The notes under the pieces were generated by a model, which saw nothing but the letters and a program-made list of their open reading frames with translations, did no database searches and was not told where the DNA came from. Below are positions 43,353 through 54,922 of a DNA stretch of 64,000 nt, piece by piece. Source of the DNA: an uncultured Planctomycetota bacterium (lineage in GTDB: Bacteria > Planctomycetota > Planctomycetia > Isosphaerales > Isosphaeraceae); contig CAWJTV010000023.1 in assembly GCA_963845755.1 (NCBI GenBank), positions 32,001-96,000 on the forward strand. Direction: 5' to 3'. Every line of letters begins with the position of its first letter. Within the stretch, counting starts at the first letter, position 1. Made by a program: the position numbers and the translations under genes.

Positions 43353-44295
43353 ATGCCGCGCGTCGTCGTCGTCGGATCGAGCAACACGGACATGACGGTG
43401 CGGGTGCCGCGGTTGCCGGCGCCCGGTCAGACGATCCTCGGCAGTTCGTTTTCGACGACGCCCGGCGGTAAGGGAGCCAACCAGGCGGTCGCCGCTCGGC
43501 GCGGGCGCCGACGTCGTGTTCGTCACGGCCGTCGGTGATGATGAACTGGGCCGGCAGGCGATGGCGCTTTATCGCCGTGAAGGGATCGACGTCAGCCATG
43601 TCCGGGTTGTTGAAGGGATCGCGTCGGGAGTGGCGCTGATCTTCGTTGACGATCGCGGTGAGAACCTGATCGGTGTCGCGCCGGGCGCCAATCACCGGTT
43701 GACGACGGAGGACATCGATCGCCTGCCGGACTCGCTGTTCCGCAAGGACGACGTGCTCCTGGTCAGCCTGGAGATCCCGCTGGAGACCGCGAGCCGGGCA
43801 CTGCGTCGCGGCTGGGATGCGGAATCGTTCACGATCTTGAACCCGGCACCCGCCCCGGCACTCCTGGAAGTCGAACTGCGGGAGCTCTTATCGGGCGTCA
43901 TGGCAATCACGCCGAACCGCGTCGAGGCGATGGCGATGGCGGGCATGACGCAATCCGAGGGGAGCGAGCCCGATTGGTCGGCCTGCGGCTTTCGCCTGAA
44001 GGAACTGGGACCGGCAGTCGCGTTCATCACCCTGGGATCGAATGGCTGCGCGGTCATCGACGCCAAGTCGGGGTCCGTCCCTGCTCCCCGCGTCGAGGCC
44101 GTTGACACGGTAGGCGCCGGCGACGCCTTTAATGGTGCACTGGCGGTCGCGCTCATGGAGAACCGATCACCCTTCGAGGCTGCTGCCTGGGCCAACGCCG
44201 CCGCCGCGCTGGCCGTCACCCGAGCTGGCGCACAGTCGGCATTACCATTCCGCGATGCGATCGACCACCTCGCCAGGCGGGGCAAACGGGATTGA
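43353..44295 (+). CDS. rbsK: ribokinase; frameshift at ~43500
   Basis: VGSSNTD, GGKGANQAVAA, LNPAP and DTVGAGDAF motifs. Confidence 0.9.
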
Positions 44296-44327
44296 GCAAT
44301 AGCCTGTTGACTCAAAGGAACGGACCG

Positions 44328-46053
44328 ATGTCTCAACGACCGGATGCGGGTTGGTGCCTGGTTATCGCGTTGGCGAGCGTGATGTGGCTGGCGCTGGACC
44401 ATCCGCGTCGGGCGTGGCCTCACGACCGGCCGTCTGGCCCGCTGCATAAGACCCGATCGGCGGTCATCGCCCGGCAGGGGATGGCCGCGACCAGCCAGCC
44501 GCTGGCGACCGCGACGGCCATCCGCGTCTTGCAGCAAGGGGGCAACGCGGTCGATGCGGCGATCGCAGCGAATGCCGTGCTCGGTGTAGTCGAGCCGATG
44601 TCCTGCGGGATCGGCGGCGATCTGTTCGCCATCGTCTGGGATGCCAAGGCGAAGCGGCTTTTCGGCCTCAATGCCAGCGGCCTGTGCGCCGGAAGCCGCC
44701 ACGATCGAGTACTTCCGCTCGAAGGGGCTCAAGACGATCCCGGAGCACGGCCCGTTGAGCTGGTCGGTCCCCGGCTGCGTCGACGGCTGGGATCAGCTCC
44801 GCCGGCGATTCGGAACCCGACCGTGGTCGGAGCTGCTCGCGCCGGCGATCGCCTACGCCGAGCAGGGATTCCCCGTCAGCGAGATCATCGCCGCCGACTG
44901 GCGGGTGCCGAGCCGAAGCTCCGCGAGATCCCGACCTCGGCCGCCTGCTACCTCCCCGGCGGCCACGCGCCGGCGGTGGGATCGGTCTTCCGCAACCCGG
45001 GGCTGGCGCGGTCGCTCCAGGCCATCGCCCGGGATGGTCGCGATGCCTTTTACAAGGGACCGCTGGCCGACACGATGGTCCGATATTCGCAATCGGTCGG
45101 CGGCCTGTTCGCTCAGCAGGACTTCGCCGGCCACACCAGCACCGAGGTCGAGCCGGTCTCGACCAATTACCGGGGTTACGACGTCTGGGAGCTACCCCCC
45201 AACGGACAGGGGATCGCCGTCCTCCAGATGCTCAATCTGCTCGAGCCATTCGACCTCAAGGCGATGGGGCCGCAATCGGCCCAGGCGCTGCACTTGATGA
45301 TCGAGGCCAAGAAGCTGGCCTACGAGGACCGGGCGAAGTTCTACGCGGACCCCGCGTTCGTGAAGGCGCCGATCGCCACCCTGATCTCCAAGCCGTATGC
45401 CGACCGCCGTCGTACCGAGATGAAAGCCGATCGGGCCAACTTGCGACCGATGCCCGGGGAGCCGGGTGCAGCCGACACGATCTATATGACCGTGGTCGAC
45501 CGCGACTTCAACTGCGTCAGCCTGATCCAGAGCAACTTCCACGCGTTCGGCTCGCATCATGTGCCGGGCGACCTGGGCTTCGCGTTGCAGAACCGCGGCA
45601 ATCTCTTCGCACTGGACCCGAACCACCTCAACCGGCTCGAGCCGCGGAAGCGGCCTTTCCACACGATCATCCCGGGCTTCGTCACGAAGGACGGCAAGCC
45701 CTGGCTGAGCTTTGGTCTGATGGGCGGGGACATGCAGGCCCAGGGGCACGTGCAGGTGCTCTCGAATCTGATCGACTTCGGCATGGACGTGCAGGAGGCC
45801 GGCGACGCCCCGCGGTTCCGCCACTTCGGCTCGTCGGAGCCAACCGGCCAGCCGGCCGACGGCGTCGGCTCGGTCGCGCTCGAATCGGGCATCTCCGCCG
45901 AGGTCCGCCGCGATCTCCACACCAAGGGGCACCGCGTCGTGGATTCCCCCGGTGGCTTCGGAGGTTACCAGGCCATTCGCATCGACCTGGATCACGGCGT
46001 CCTCATCGGCGCCTCCGACCCCCGCAAGGACGGCTCGCGCCATGGGGTATTGA
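44328..46053 (+). CDS. ggt: gamma-glutamyltransferase; frameshifts at ~44680, ~44905 and ~46035
   Basis: GGNAVDAAIA, GIGGDLF, DTIYMTVVD, KRPFHTIIP, MGGDMQAQG and DPRKDG motifs. Confidence 0.9.
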
Positions 46054-46060
46054 GGAGCCC

Positions 46061-46903
46061 TCACTTGCTCAGCGGCCGGACCTCGATCTTCCGGAAGAGG
46101 ATCTCGGCGCCTTCCGACTGGAACAGGATCTTGCCCTTGGTGAGGCTGGACTTCGTCCCGATGTTGACGACATACCCGTTGAGGATGGTGGTGATCGTGT
46201 CAGCGTCGCAGACGACCTCCATGCGGTTCCACTCGCCGGCGGTCTTCTCGACGTCGCGCCGGCCGCGGAAACCGAGGACGTCCTTCCAGGCCGGGTCGCG
46301 GCCCCACCAGTTGAATCGGACCGAGTCGCGCGTGACGGCTTTCCCGCCCTTCTCGAAATAGAGCTGACGGTCCGGTCCGACTCGGGTCTCACAGGTCAGG
46401 CTCGGCTTGTTCCGGCCGCCGACGATGATGAAGTCGCCGCAGCCCCCTTCGATGATCTGGCACTCCTGCGACTCCATCCAGTTGCCACTCGCCGCGCCAT
46501 CGGCCCCGACGCAGTGGACCAGGATCCCTGAGTCGCGCGACCGCTCCTTCCGCGGAGCCCAGGTCCGCTCGCCCCATTTCCATTCCGTAATCAAGTGATA
46601 ATTCTGGAACTCATCCCGCGTCGTGAGTCCCCCGAACTCCTCGCCGGAGATATCGATCATTCCGTCGCGGACCGAGAACACCTGCTTGGGATCCTCGCGC
46701 CCTCGGCCGTGCAAGTAGGGATAGAATCCGGTCAAGTCCTTGCCGTTGAACTGGAAGATCGGCTCCCCCGCCCGGATCGTGGGCACGTCGCGGGCGAACG
46801 ATGGGACCTCGGACTGCGACTCCTGGGCAGTCCCCCTCGTCGCGGGGTCCCAGCCAAAGACCAGGACCAGAACGGCCAGCAGGCAACCAAGTCGAGCCGG
46901 CAT
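46061..46903 (-). CDS. DUF1080 (3-keto-disaccharide hydrolase-like) secreted protein
   Basis: FNGKDLTG, DSG, GEWN and FQSEGAEILFRKI motifs. Confidence 0.9.
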   Translation of the reverse strand: MPARLGCLLAVLVLVFGWDPATRGTAQESQSEVPSFARDVPTIRAGEPIFQFNGKDLTGFYPYLHGRGREDPKQVFSVRDGMIDISGEEFGGLTTRDEFQNYHLITEWKWGERTWAPRKERSRDSGILVHCVGADGAASGNWMESQECQIIEGGCGDFIIVGGRNKPSLTCETRVGPDRQLYFEKGGKAVTRDSVRFNWWGRDPAWKDVLGFRGRRDVEKTAGEWNRMEVVCDADTITTILNGYVVNIGTKSSLTKGKILFQSEGAEILFRKIEVRPLSK

Positions 46904-46944
46904 GACGCGTGCTCCGAAGGGCCGGAAGGGCGGAAAGATCGGAT

Positions 46945-47223
46945 TCAACGGCGCTGACGGTGAATTGCGGCGCCCTGCTGACGGCAGATCGACTCGACCT
47001 TGGCCAGGATCTTGTCATCGGGACAGGCGATCGAGAGGACCATGCCCTGGCCGCCTTCGATCTGCTCGGGCGGGGTGACGCCCAGTCGGTCGTTCGGGAC
47101 GCCGATCTGCAACAAGATCTGGATGACCAGGTTCCCCTGCGCCGAGTTGTAGAAGAAGGCGACGACCCGGGGCATGCTCTCGGCGGCTTCGACCAGCCCA
47201 GGCCGAATCTGCGGTGTTTCCAT
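46945..47223 (-). CDS. small hypothetical protein
   Basis: GAGG RBS; 92 aa; co-oriented with the DUF1080 gene. Confidence 0.7.
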   Translation of the reverse strand: METPQIRPGLVEAAESMPRVVAFFYNSAQGNLVIQILLQIGVPNDRLGVTPPEQIEGGQGMVLSIACPDDKILAKVESICRQQGAAIHRQRR

Positions 47224-47425
47224 GTTGACCAACCTCAACTGCCTACTGACTGCTGTCTACGGCCTACTGCGAAGCCAAGTTTGACGTACCTCCAGGCAAA
47301 TCGCAAGGCGTTTGTGCCGGTCCCGCGATGCGGATGATCGGCCATCCATGGCCGAGGCTTCCGACGGTTTGTTAGGATGGGCGCGGCGGCCAGGGGCACA
47401 CGTAACCGGAGAGTCCCACCAACCA

Positions 47426-48310
47426 ATGCCGATTCTGCTCGCCCGTTTGATGGTCCTTGCGTTGATCGCGGGTCCCCCGGTGCTGGAACCCCTGGGCCAC
47501 TTCGACGCCCGTGCGATCCCCGAGGCGTCCGGGATCGTCAAGAGCCGACGGTTCCCAGGCATCTTCTGGGTACACAATGACTCAGGGAACCGGCCCGAGC
47601 TCTTCGCGGTCAAGAGCGATGGCCGGATCGTCCGCCGGTTCCCGCTCGCCATCCCCAACCTCGACTGGGAAGACATCGCGATCGATGACCAAGGGCATCT
47701 CTATCTCGGCGACATCGGCAACAACACCGGTTTACTTCGAGTCCGGACGATTTACCGGCTCGACGAGCCCGACCCGACGCGGCTGGAGGACAAAGAGCGG
47801 GACCGTCCGGTGGCCGCCACGCGGACCGTGCATTACGTGCTGCCCGAGTCGAACCGGTTCGACGCCGAGAGCCTGGTCTACGATCGTGGGACCGCGATCC
47901 TGATCGCCAAATACCTCGACGGACGAGCGGCCGAACTCTTTGCCGTGGCGATCGATCCGCCGTCGTCACAGTCGCCGAAACGCGCGGAGCCGGTCCGTCT
48001 GATCGGCAAGCTGCCAGCCTTCAAAGAACCCGCCACAGGCGCCGACCTGAGTGAGGATGGCACGCTCTTGGCAGTGTGTTCCTACGCAGTGACGCGCGTC
48101 TACCGGCGGAGCGAATCGCCCCGATGGCGGCTACTGGCCGAGGTCCGTTACGAGACCGTTCCGATCGAAGGGATCACCTGGGACGGCGGCGACCTGATCC
48201 TGGCCGCCGAGGAGAGCAGGGGACTCTCTCGCCTGACCGAGGCGACCTGGCGCGCCGCCGGTGTTGCGCGTGAGACGCGTCCCGACGATGCAACCCGGAA
48301 AGCGCGATGA
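47426..48310 (+). CDS. secreted beta-propeller-like hypothetical protein
   Basis: EASG, HNDSG, DWEDIA, GDIGNN and DAES motifs. Confidence 0.8.
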   Translation: MPILLARLMVLALIAGPPVLEPLGHFDARAIPEASGIVKSRRFPGIFWVHNDSGNRPELFAVKSDGRIVRRFPLAIPNLDWEDIAIDDQGHLYLGDIGNNTGLLRVRTIYRLDEPDPTRLEDKERDRPVAATRTVHYVLPESNRFDAESLVYDRGTAILIAKYLDGRAAELFAVAIDPPSSQSPKRAEPVRLIGKLPAFKEPATGADLSEDGTLLAVCSYAVTRVYRRSESPRWRLLAEVRYETVPIEGITWDGGDLILAAEESRGLSRLTEATWRAAGVARETRPDDATRKAR

Positions 48311-49460
48311 TGGCCCAGAGCAGTGACATCGTGATCGTGGGAGGCGGGGTAATCGGCCTATCGATCGCCTACGCCCTTGTGCGCGAGGGGATCCGGCCCA
48401 CGGTACTGGACCGCCGCGAGCTGGGCCGCGAAGCCTCCTGGGCCGGCGCCGGGCTGATCCCGCCGATCGGCGAGCGGGCTGGGGCAATTCCGACTCCCGC
48501 CGTGGCGCTGCGATCCTGGAGCGCGCGGCTCTATCCCGATTGGTCGACCGCGCTACGAGAGCAGACGGGCATCGACACCGGCTATCGACGTTGCGGCGGA
48601 GTCGACGTGGCGTGGACCGATCTGGATGACCAGGCACTGCTCGCCGCGGCGGGCCTTTGGCGTGCCGAGGGGATCGCGTATGAGCGCGCTGGCGCCCGGC
48701 GACTATCGACGTGTCGAGCCGGCCCTCAATCCCGACCTCCGAACCGTCTACTATCTCCCAGACCGGGCTCAGGTGCGCAATCCCTGGTTGCTCCGAGCCT
48801 TGATGGACGCCGCTTCCCGGTGGGGGGCCCAGCTCAAGCCTTGGCACAGCGTCGAGGGGTTTCGAAGTCCACGGCGATCGCGTGGTGACGGTCCGGACCA
48901 GCGCAGGAGACATTCCTTGTGGCCGCGTGGTCATGGCGGCCGGAGCCTGGTCAGGTCCCTTGCTCGAAGCCCTCAGGGTCCGCGTACCGACCCCACCGCT
49001 CAAGGGGCAGATCGTGCTCCTGAAGAGTGATCGGCCGATGCTCCGTCGCGTCGTCGAGCACGGGAAGCATTACCTGGTCCCCCGCGACGACGGCCGGGTC
49101 CTCGTTGGGGCCACCGAAGAAGATGTGGGTTTCGACACCCGGACGACCCAGGACGCCACGCGCACGCTGCTCGACGAGGCCCTGCGGCTCTGTCCGATCC
49201 TGGGCGATGCCGAAGTCGAGGCGACCTGGGCCGGCCTGCGGCCGGGGAGCGTCGACACCCGGCCCTACATCGGTCGGATCCCGGGTTTCGAGAACCTGAT
49301 CGTCGCCACCGGTCACAAGCGCGCCGGCTTGCAGCTCGCGCCGGCAACCGCCGAGCTTGTCGCCGATTTGATCCTCGGCCGGCCTCCTCGCCTGGACCTC
49401 GGGCCGTTCCGGCCCGATCGCCAGCCGGAACCAATCGGAGACGACGTGTTTCGATCGTGA
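48307..49460 (+). CDS. thiO: glycine oxidase ThiO-like FAD oxidoreductase; frameshifts at ~48690 and ~48865
   Basis: VGGGVIG, ASWAGAG, AAGAWS, KGQI, WAGLRP and ATGHKRAG motifs. Confidence 0.85.
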
Positions 49461-49668
49461 GTCGTACCCAATCCACCGCGTGCCCCGCTCGATCGGTCTG
49501 GAGGCGAGGCCGATCCCGAGCCTCCCGATCCGTCGGACCGTGCAAAGGTTGTGCGTGCGGCGAACCAACGCTCGCGACCGACCTCGATCGCCCCGCCTGT
49601 CCCGCCCGCGGATTGGCAGCCGACCCACGCCGAGTTCAATACGCCCGACCGATGGTTTCGAAGTTCGA

Positions 49669-50350
49669 TCATCGCGATGTGCCAGCCGGATCGCCGGTGA
49701 TGACCAGCACCTTCCCGGCGGCGGCGATTCCCAGCGCGACGGTCCGTTCGCCCAACCGGCAGACGAGGGCGCCGGACTCGGGGCGGTTCTCAAGAAGGGT
49801 GCCCTTGGCGTGGAGCTCCAATCCGCATTCGCTCAGATAGCGCAGAAAGGCCGGGTCCTGGTCCATGACCCGAGCGACGCGGAACGGCTGGCCTGGTTGA
49901 CAACGGGCCAGGGGGGTTCCCTCGGTCTCGGCCAGCGACCCATCTGCGCGGGATCGGGTCGCCGTGTGGGTCCACCGCCGGATGGCCGAGGTAGTCGTCG
50001 ATCCGGTCGATCAGCCGCTCGGAGACGGCGTGCTCCATGTGCTCGGCTTCCTCGTGGACCTCGTCCCAGGACATCTGGAGCGTCTTGGCCAGGAACAGCT
50101 CCAGCAGGCGGTGCCGGCGGATGATCTTCAGCGCCAGCCGCTGGCCAGCGTCGGTCAGGCGCGCCCCTTCATACGGCGTATACGTGGCCAGGCTCGCCTC
50201 GGAGAGGGTCTTGAGCATGCCGGTGACCGTCCCCGGCGAGACGTTCAGCGCCTGCGCCAGTTCGCCGGTGCTCACGGCGCTGCCGGGGGCACTCCGCGCG
50301 GCGATCAGTGCGATCGTCTTGATGTAATTCTCGACGGTCAGACTGGGCAC
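49669..50350 (-). CDS. DtxR/MntR family metal-dependent regulator with FeoA-like C-terminus; frameshift at ~49945
   Basis: VENYIK, RRHRLLELFL, VHEEAEHMEH, DPHGDPIP; then DQDPAFLRYL in the shifted frame. Confidence 0.9.
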
Positions 50351-50534
50351 GGTTGAATCCAGGCTTTTAACGCGGCTCGCTGGTCGCACGGAAACGGTCC
50401 GAGATGGCCCGACCCACAGCCCCGTATGGGCTCTCATCCTACGCCAGTTGCCTTCCTCCGGCCAAGGGGAGTCGTTACCGGGCCCCGACCCGCCCCGTGG
50501 CCGGCGTGTGGCACGCCCTGCGGCCCTGGGGTCT

Positions 50535-51393
50535 TCAATCTTCCTCGTCGGCCCCGCGGAGGTCGACCTCGGCCAGCCCCATTTGCTTGGCGACCGCGCT
50601 CAACTGGTCGCGAATCTCGAACATGCCGGCGGGCCGACGCCGCCGGGTCGAGGCTCAGGCTGACGATGATCAGCTCGTTGAGCGTCCCGGCGATCCGGGG
50701 GTTGATCTTCAACGGCGGGACCAGCTTCCGGTCCTCGCCCGGCTTCAGGATGCCCTGCTGGGGAAACCGTCCGGTGAACATGCGATACATCGTGGCGCCG
50801 AGGTTATAGATATCGGTCTTCTCATTGACCGTCTTCTCCGAAGCCTGCTCCGGCGCGATGTACTGCGGGGTCCCCTGGACACGGTTTTTCTCCTGTCCGC
50901 GGACCCAGGCGGTGCCGAAATCGATGAGCTTCACCTGACCGTTCTTCGTCAGCATGATGTTGGCCGGCTTCAGGTCGCCGTGATAGACGCCGCGTCGGTG
51001 CATGTGCGTCAACGCACTGGCAACCTGGCAGAAGACCAGCACGAGCTGACCCAGTTCGGGCGCCTCGATCTCGTCGAGCGTCTTCCCTTCCACGTACTCC
51101 ATCAGCAGCTCGGCACCCTGGACCTTGAACCATTTGCGCTTCAGCCGGCAATCGAAGATCTTGGCGATCGCCGGATGGTTCAGTTTCTTGGACGCCTCGA
51201 ATTCGGTCAGGGCCTGCTGGATATAAACCTCATCTTCCGGCTCCTGCTTGCGGACCACCTTCAGGGCATAACGCTTGCCGCCGGCCGTCTTGTCGCTGAT
51301 CAGCAAGATCGTGCTGCCGGCGCCGGTGCCGAGCGTGTTGACCACGCGATACTTCATGCTGGAAAACTTGGGTGTACTCGCCGCGTTCGTCAT
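50535..51393 (-). CDS. Ser/Thr protein kinase; frameshift at ~50640
   Basis: LGTGAG, ALK, HGDLKPAN, DFG and YIAPEQ motifs. Confidence 0.9.
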
Positions 51394-51711
51394 GCCGTTC
51401 CTCGGTTCGGTGTTCCGTATTCGTATTCCGTTTTCCGTAAAGACCCCGATGAAACGTATTCACTGAAGACCGAATACGGGAGCGGAGCGACGGTGGAACG
51501 GGCCGTCGGACGCGCCGGATCCCTTGGGTAGTCGGGGGCATAGGTTCTTCGACCCGACGAGGTTATCTCAAGAGAGGGGGACCGGGCAATCCCCTACGCC
51601 GGTGGAGCCAGCGGTCTCGGGGATCGTTGATCCCGCCGAACTCCCTCGCGGGAATGGCCGCTCGGTGCCCGGACCATGGATGTCCGCGAAATCGTCTGAA
51701 AACGGTATCGC

Positions 51712-52305
51712 CTATTGCCCCTTGATTTGCACGAGTTCGACCTCGAAGATCAGGGTAGCATCGGGCGGGATCTTGTCGCCGGATCCCTTCGCCCCGTAGC
51801 CCAAGACGGGCGGGATGATCAACTTACGCGTTTCGCCCACTTTCATACCTGGCAACCCCTCTTGCCAACCCTGGATCAAGCCAGCCAGGGGACGTTCCAT
51901 AGGCGTACCGCTCTGGCGGTTGCTATCGAACACCGTGCCGTTTTCCAACTTGCCCACGTAGAAGAACGCGCCGGTCTGATCCAGCTTCAGTTCGGGCCCG
52001 GTACCCTCCTTCAGGGTCTCATACTTCACGCCGCGTTTGGTCGTCTTGATCTCCCCCTTGGCGGTAGGCGGCGCCGGGGTGTAATCCTGGGTCTTGACGG
52101 TCGAAGAATCCAGCGCGATCGCCGCGGGCATTTCTCCCTTGGCCGCGGCCGGCTCTTCATCGGGGGACGCTATGGGCAGCGGCGCGCCCGGCGGTGCGGT
52201 CGGGACGATGTCCGGCGCGTCGCACGCGACGACGACCAGCCCCATGACGCCCATCAGGACCCCACCGATCCATTTTCCGACGATTGTCCCGTACCGCACC
52301 CTCAT
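51712..52305 (-). CDS. FKBP-type peptidyl-prolyl isomerase (probable lipoprotein)
   Basis: VVVAC lipobox-like; VFDS, LIQGWQEG, IPPVLGYG and LIFEVEL motifs. Confidence 0.92.
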   Translation of the reverse strand: MRVRYGTIVGKWIGGVLMGVMGLVVVACDAPDIVPTAPPGAPLPIASPDEEPAAAKGEMPAAIALDSSTVKTQDYTPAPPTAKGEIKTTKRGVKYETLKEGTGPELKLDQTGAFFYVGKLENGTVFDSNRQSGTPMERPLAGLIQGWQEGLPGMKVGETRKLIIPPVLGYGAKGSGDKIPPDATLIFEVELVQIKGQ

Positions 52306-52452
52306 GGAATTCTCTCCCTGTGCATGATCGGCGCGACGACTCGGTGATGAATGATGACTTCGAGCGGAGGAACTCAGCGGCCGTCCTCCGGAACACGGCA
52401 ATCCGGACCTGGTAGGGCCGCGCCAACCCACACCCGACCCGGGTTTTCTCAA

Positions 52453-52845
52453 TTATCGCATGCTCAACCGGGGATCGGCCAGACCCTTGGGGCAGTAGAT
52501 GACGCGAATGCTCAGCGCCTTCAGGCCGTTCAGGCGAGAGAGGTACGTGACCCCGGTGTCGCTTTACTTGCCAGGGCCGATGTAGAGCTACTCGAAGCCG
52601 GTAAGCCGCCCGAGGTTCGCCAGGCCGGCATTGTCCAGAGACGACCCGGAAATCGTCAGCGACCGCAGCTTTCCCATCCCGGCGAGGTGCACCAAGCCCG
52701 ATCCGGTGATGCTCGAGCCCGAAAGGGTCATCTCCTCGAGGCCGGTCAGCCCGGCGATGTGGGCGAGCGTCGCGTCGGTCAACTCGGGTACCCATAGGAA
52801 CTGGAGACTCTTGAGGCTGGTCAGGTTGGCGAGGTGACGCACCCG
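52453..52845 (-). pseudogene. leucine-rich-repeat gene remnant
   Basis: LRR units (LTDATLAHIAGLTGLEEMTL, ITGSGLVHLAGM) with in-frame TAG (~52588) and TAA (~52565); no credible start. Confidence 0.75.
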
Positions 52846-52989
52846 GTTCGCGGCCTGCGGTTGACGCAATCGACTGGCCTGATGCGGTATAATGTGAGAC
52901 CCTCCAGTAAGGGGCGTGAGTGGCAATGGAACGTGGTTCGGCATCATTCTGGGCTGATCGGAGTGCAATCTCGAGGGAGTCGATGAATC

Positions 52990-53874
52990 ATGACCAGTCG
53001 ATCCGCGAAGCATGCGCTGATGGTCCTCGCGCCCCTGCTGGGCTCAGCCGGCTTCGCGCAGCCCGATCCGTCGAAGGAGGAGAAGGCCCTCGTCGAGTCT
53101 TTTCGCAAGTTCGCGAAGCAGGAGGCCGCGGGCTACACCATCCGTCTCGAAGGCAGCGACCGACCGCTGACGTTTCGGCCCGAGCCGGTCCTGAGTTACT
53201 CGAACCCCGTGATGGGGCGGGTCTACGGCGAAGTGTTCATCTGGACGGCCGAGGGGAGGCCGGAGGTGGTGGCTGCGTTCTACAGGTTCTACACGAGTGA
53301 CCCCCACCGGGGCGACGAGTTCCACTCGCTGTCATTGGGCAAGCTCACCGCCGAACGAGAGGGGGCCGTCGTATGGACTCCCGCGAGGCCAGGGGTGAAC
53401 TTCAAGCCGATCCCCGGCGCCCCCGCCCCGCTCGCCTCGGCCGCCGGACGGCTCCGCCAAATGCGTGCCCTGGCGCAGGAGTTCACCAGCCGCCAGACTA
53501 ATCGCGCGGGGGTGGACAGCGACATGCGCCTACTATCCCAACCGCTCTATCGCTACGAGAACACCAAGGGCGACCTGATCGATGGTGGCCTGTTCGTCTT
53601 CGTGCAGGGCACCGACCCCGAAATCTTCCTGTTGATCGAAGCCAGGAGGTCGGCGAGGGGCGCGTCCGAGTGGCGTTTCGGCGCAAGCCGGATGCACGGC
53701 ATCAATCTGCGGCTGTATCACCGTGGAAACACAATCTGGAACGCCCCCGAGATCCCCTGGCGCAAATCATTGACCACCGGGAACCCTATACGGGCTTCCG
53801 TTTCGAGATGCCGGGTCGGCCGTGATGCGCAACAGGTTGCGTACCTGGCGTCATCAGCACGCTCCCAACGATAG
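52990..53874 (+). CDS. secreted hypothetical protein
   Basis: GGAG RBS; signal peptide; RLRQMR, PLYRY and DGGLFVFVQGTDPE motifs. The 3' end may be frameshifted. Confidence 0.8.
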   Translation: MTSRSAKHALMVLAPLLGSAGFAQPDPSKEEKALVESFRKFAKQEAAGYTIRLEGSDRPLTFRPEPVLSYSNPVMGRVYGEVFIWTAEGRPEVVAAFYRFYTSDPHRGDEFHSLSLGKLTAEREGAVVWTPARPGVNFKPIPGAPAPLASAAGRLRQMRALAQEFTSRQTNRAGVDSDMRLLSQPLYRYENTKGDLIDGGLFVFVQGTDPEIFLLIEARRSARGASEWRFGASRMHGINLRLYHRGNTIWNAPEIPWRKSLTTGNPIRASVSRCRVGRDAQQVAYLASSARSQR

Positions 53875-54381
53875 ATACGGACTCGCGTTGCAATCTCTGG
53901 CTTCTCGAGGCCTCCCTCCGAGCCCGGAGCGAGAAACCAACTACGCCCCTGTTTCCCCCGTCCCTGTTTCCCCGTCCCGCGCCTAACCGGTACGATTGCA
54001 GCGTTTCACGATCGCCGTCCCGCCGAGGGGGGCGCGGGGGTTCGCCGTCCTCTTGACCGCAGGGTTGGGGTGGTCCGAGGGCGCCTGAAGTATCTCCGTC
54101 CTCGGGAGGAACGGACAGCCAGACATTTATAAATAATTTCAAAATATCCACAACCTCTTGATTATAGGGGCCGATCCTGATAAGATCATCGTGAGGAGGT
54201 TAACGCCATGAACGTTCAACATAGGGATGAGCGGCGAATCGGGATCGGATGGAGGACATCGGGCGTGGAAATCAGCCGGCGGCGCGACAGGGTCGATAAC
54301 GGTGTTCGACCCCAGCGAGGCGGTCTCCGGCATGCCGTCCGAGACTACATCAAAGGTACGCTCATTTGAGCTGGGAGGATT

Positions 54382-54819
54382 GTGATGTTCGTGCGCGATG
54401 TACTCAAGGCGAAGGGGCGACGGGTGATTTCCATCGGCCCCGAAGCGTCGGTCAAGCAGGCGCTGGCCCGCTTCGTCGAATATAACATCGGCTCGCTACC
54501 CATCGTCGAGGCGTCAGGGCAGGTGATCGGGATCTTCTCCGAACGCGACGTGCTATTCGGCGACTATCGCGACGCCGAACGATTTCATCACCGGCTGCTC
54601 AGGGAGGTCATGACCCCCGATCCCATCATCTGTAACCCGATGGATACCTTGGCTGTAGCCATGGGCAAGATGGCCCGTCACCACGTCGGCCAACTGCCGG
54701 TGGTCGACGGCGGAGAATTGGTGGGATTGGTTTCCATCGGTGACCTCGTCAAGACGCTATACGAGCAAGTGGAGGCCGAGAACCGGCACTTGATGAACTA
54801 TCTCCACGGGCGATCCTGA
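54382..54819 (+). CDS. CBS domain protein
   Basis: GGAGG RBS; GIFSERD, VMT, LPVV and GLVSIGDLVK motifs. Confidence 0.92.
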   Translation: MMFVRDVLKAKGRRVISIGPEASVKQALARFVEYNIGSLPIVEASGQVIGIFSERDVLFGDYRDAERFHHRLLREVMTPDPIICNPMDTLAVAMGKMARHHVGQLPVVDGGELVGLVSIGDLVKTLYEQVEAENRHLMNYLHGRS

Positions 54820-54922
54820 AGTGCGCCTCGGGTCGTCCAACTCGACTTGGTACGATGCCATGCCGCGCGGAAGTCGGGCCGCCGGTCGGCGAGCCAGCAC
54901 GTGGCCGGGGGCGGGGGAGCCG

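Noticed and set aside
44680..46050. Programmed frameshifting in ggt and other split genes
   Set aside because: No slippery heptamers were seen, and the number of independent cases points to sequencing error.
52560..52590. In-frame TAG/TAA in the LRR fragment as recoding
   Set aside because: Two different stop codons, no catalytic context and no start; this is an ordinary pseudogene.
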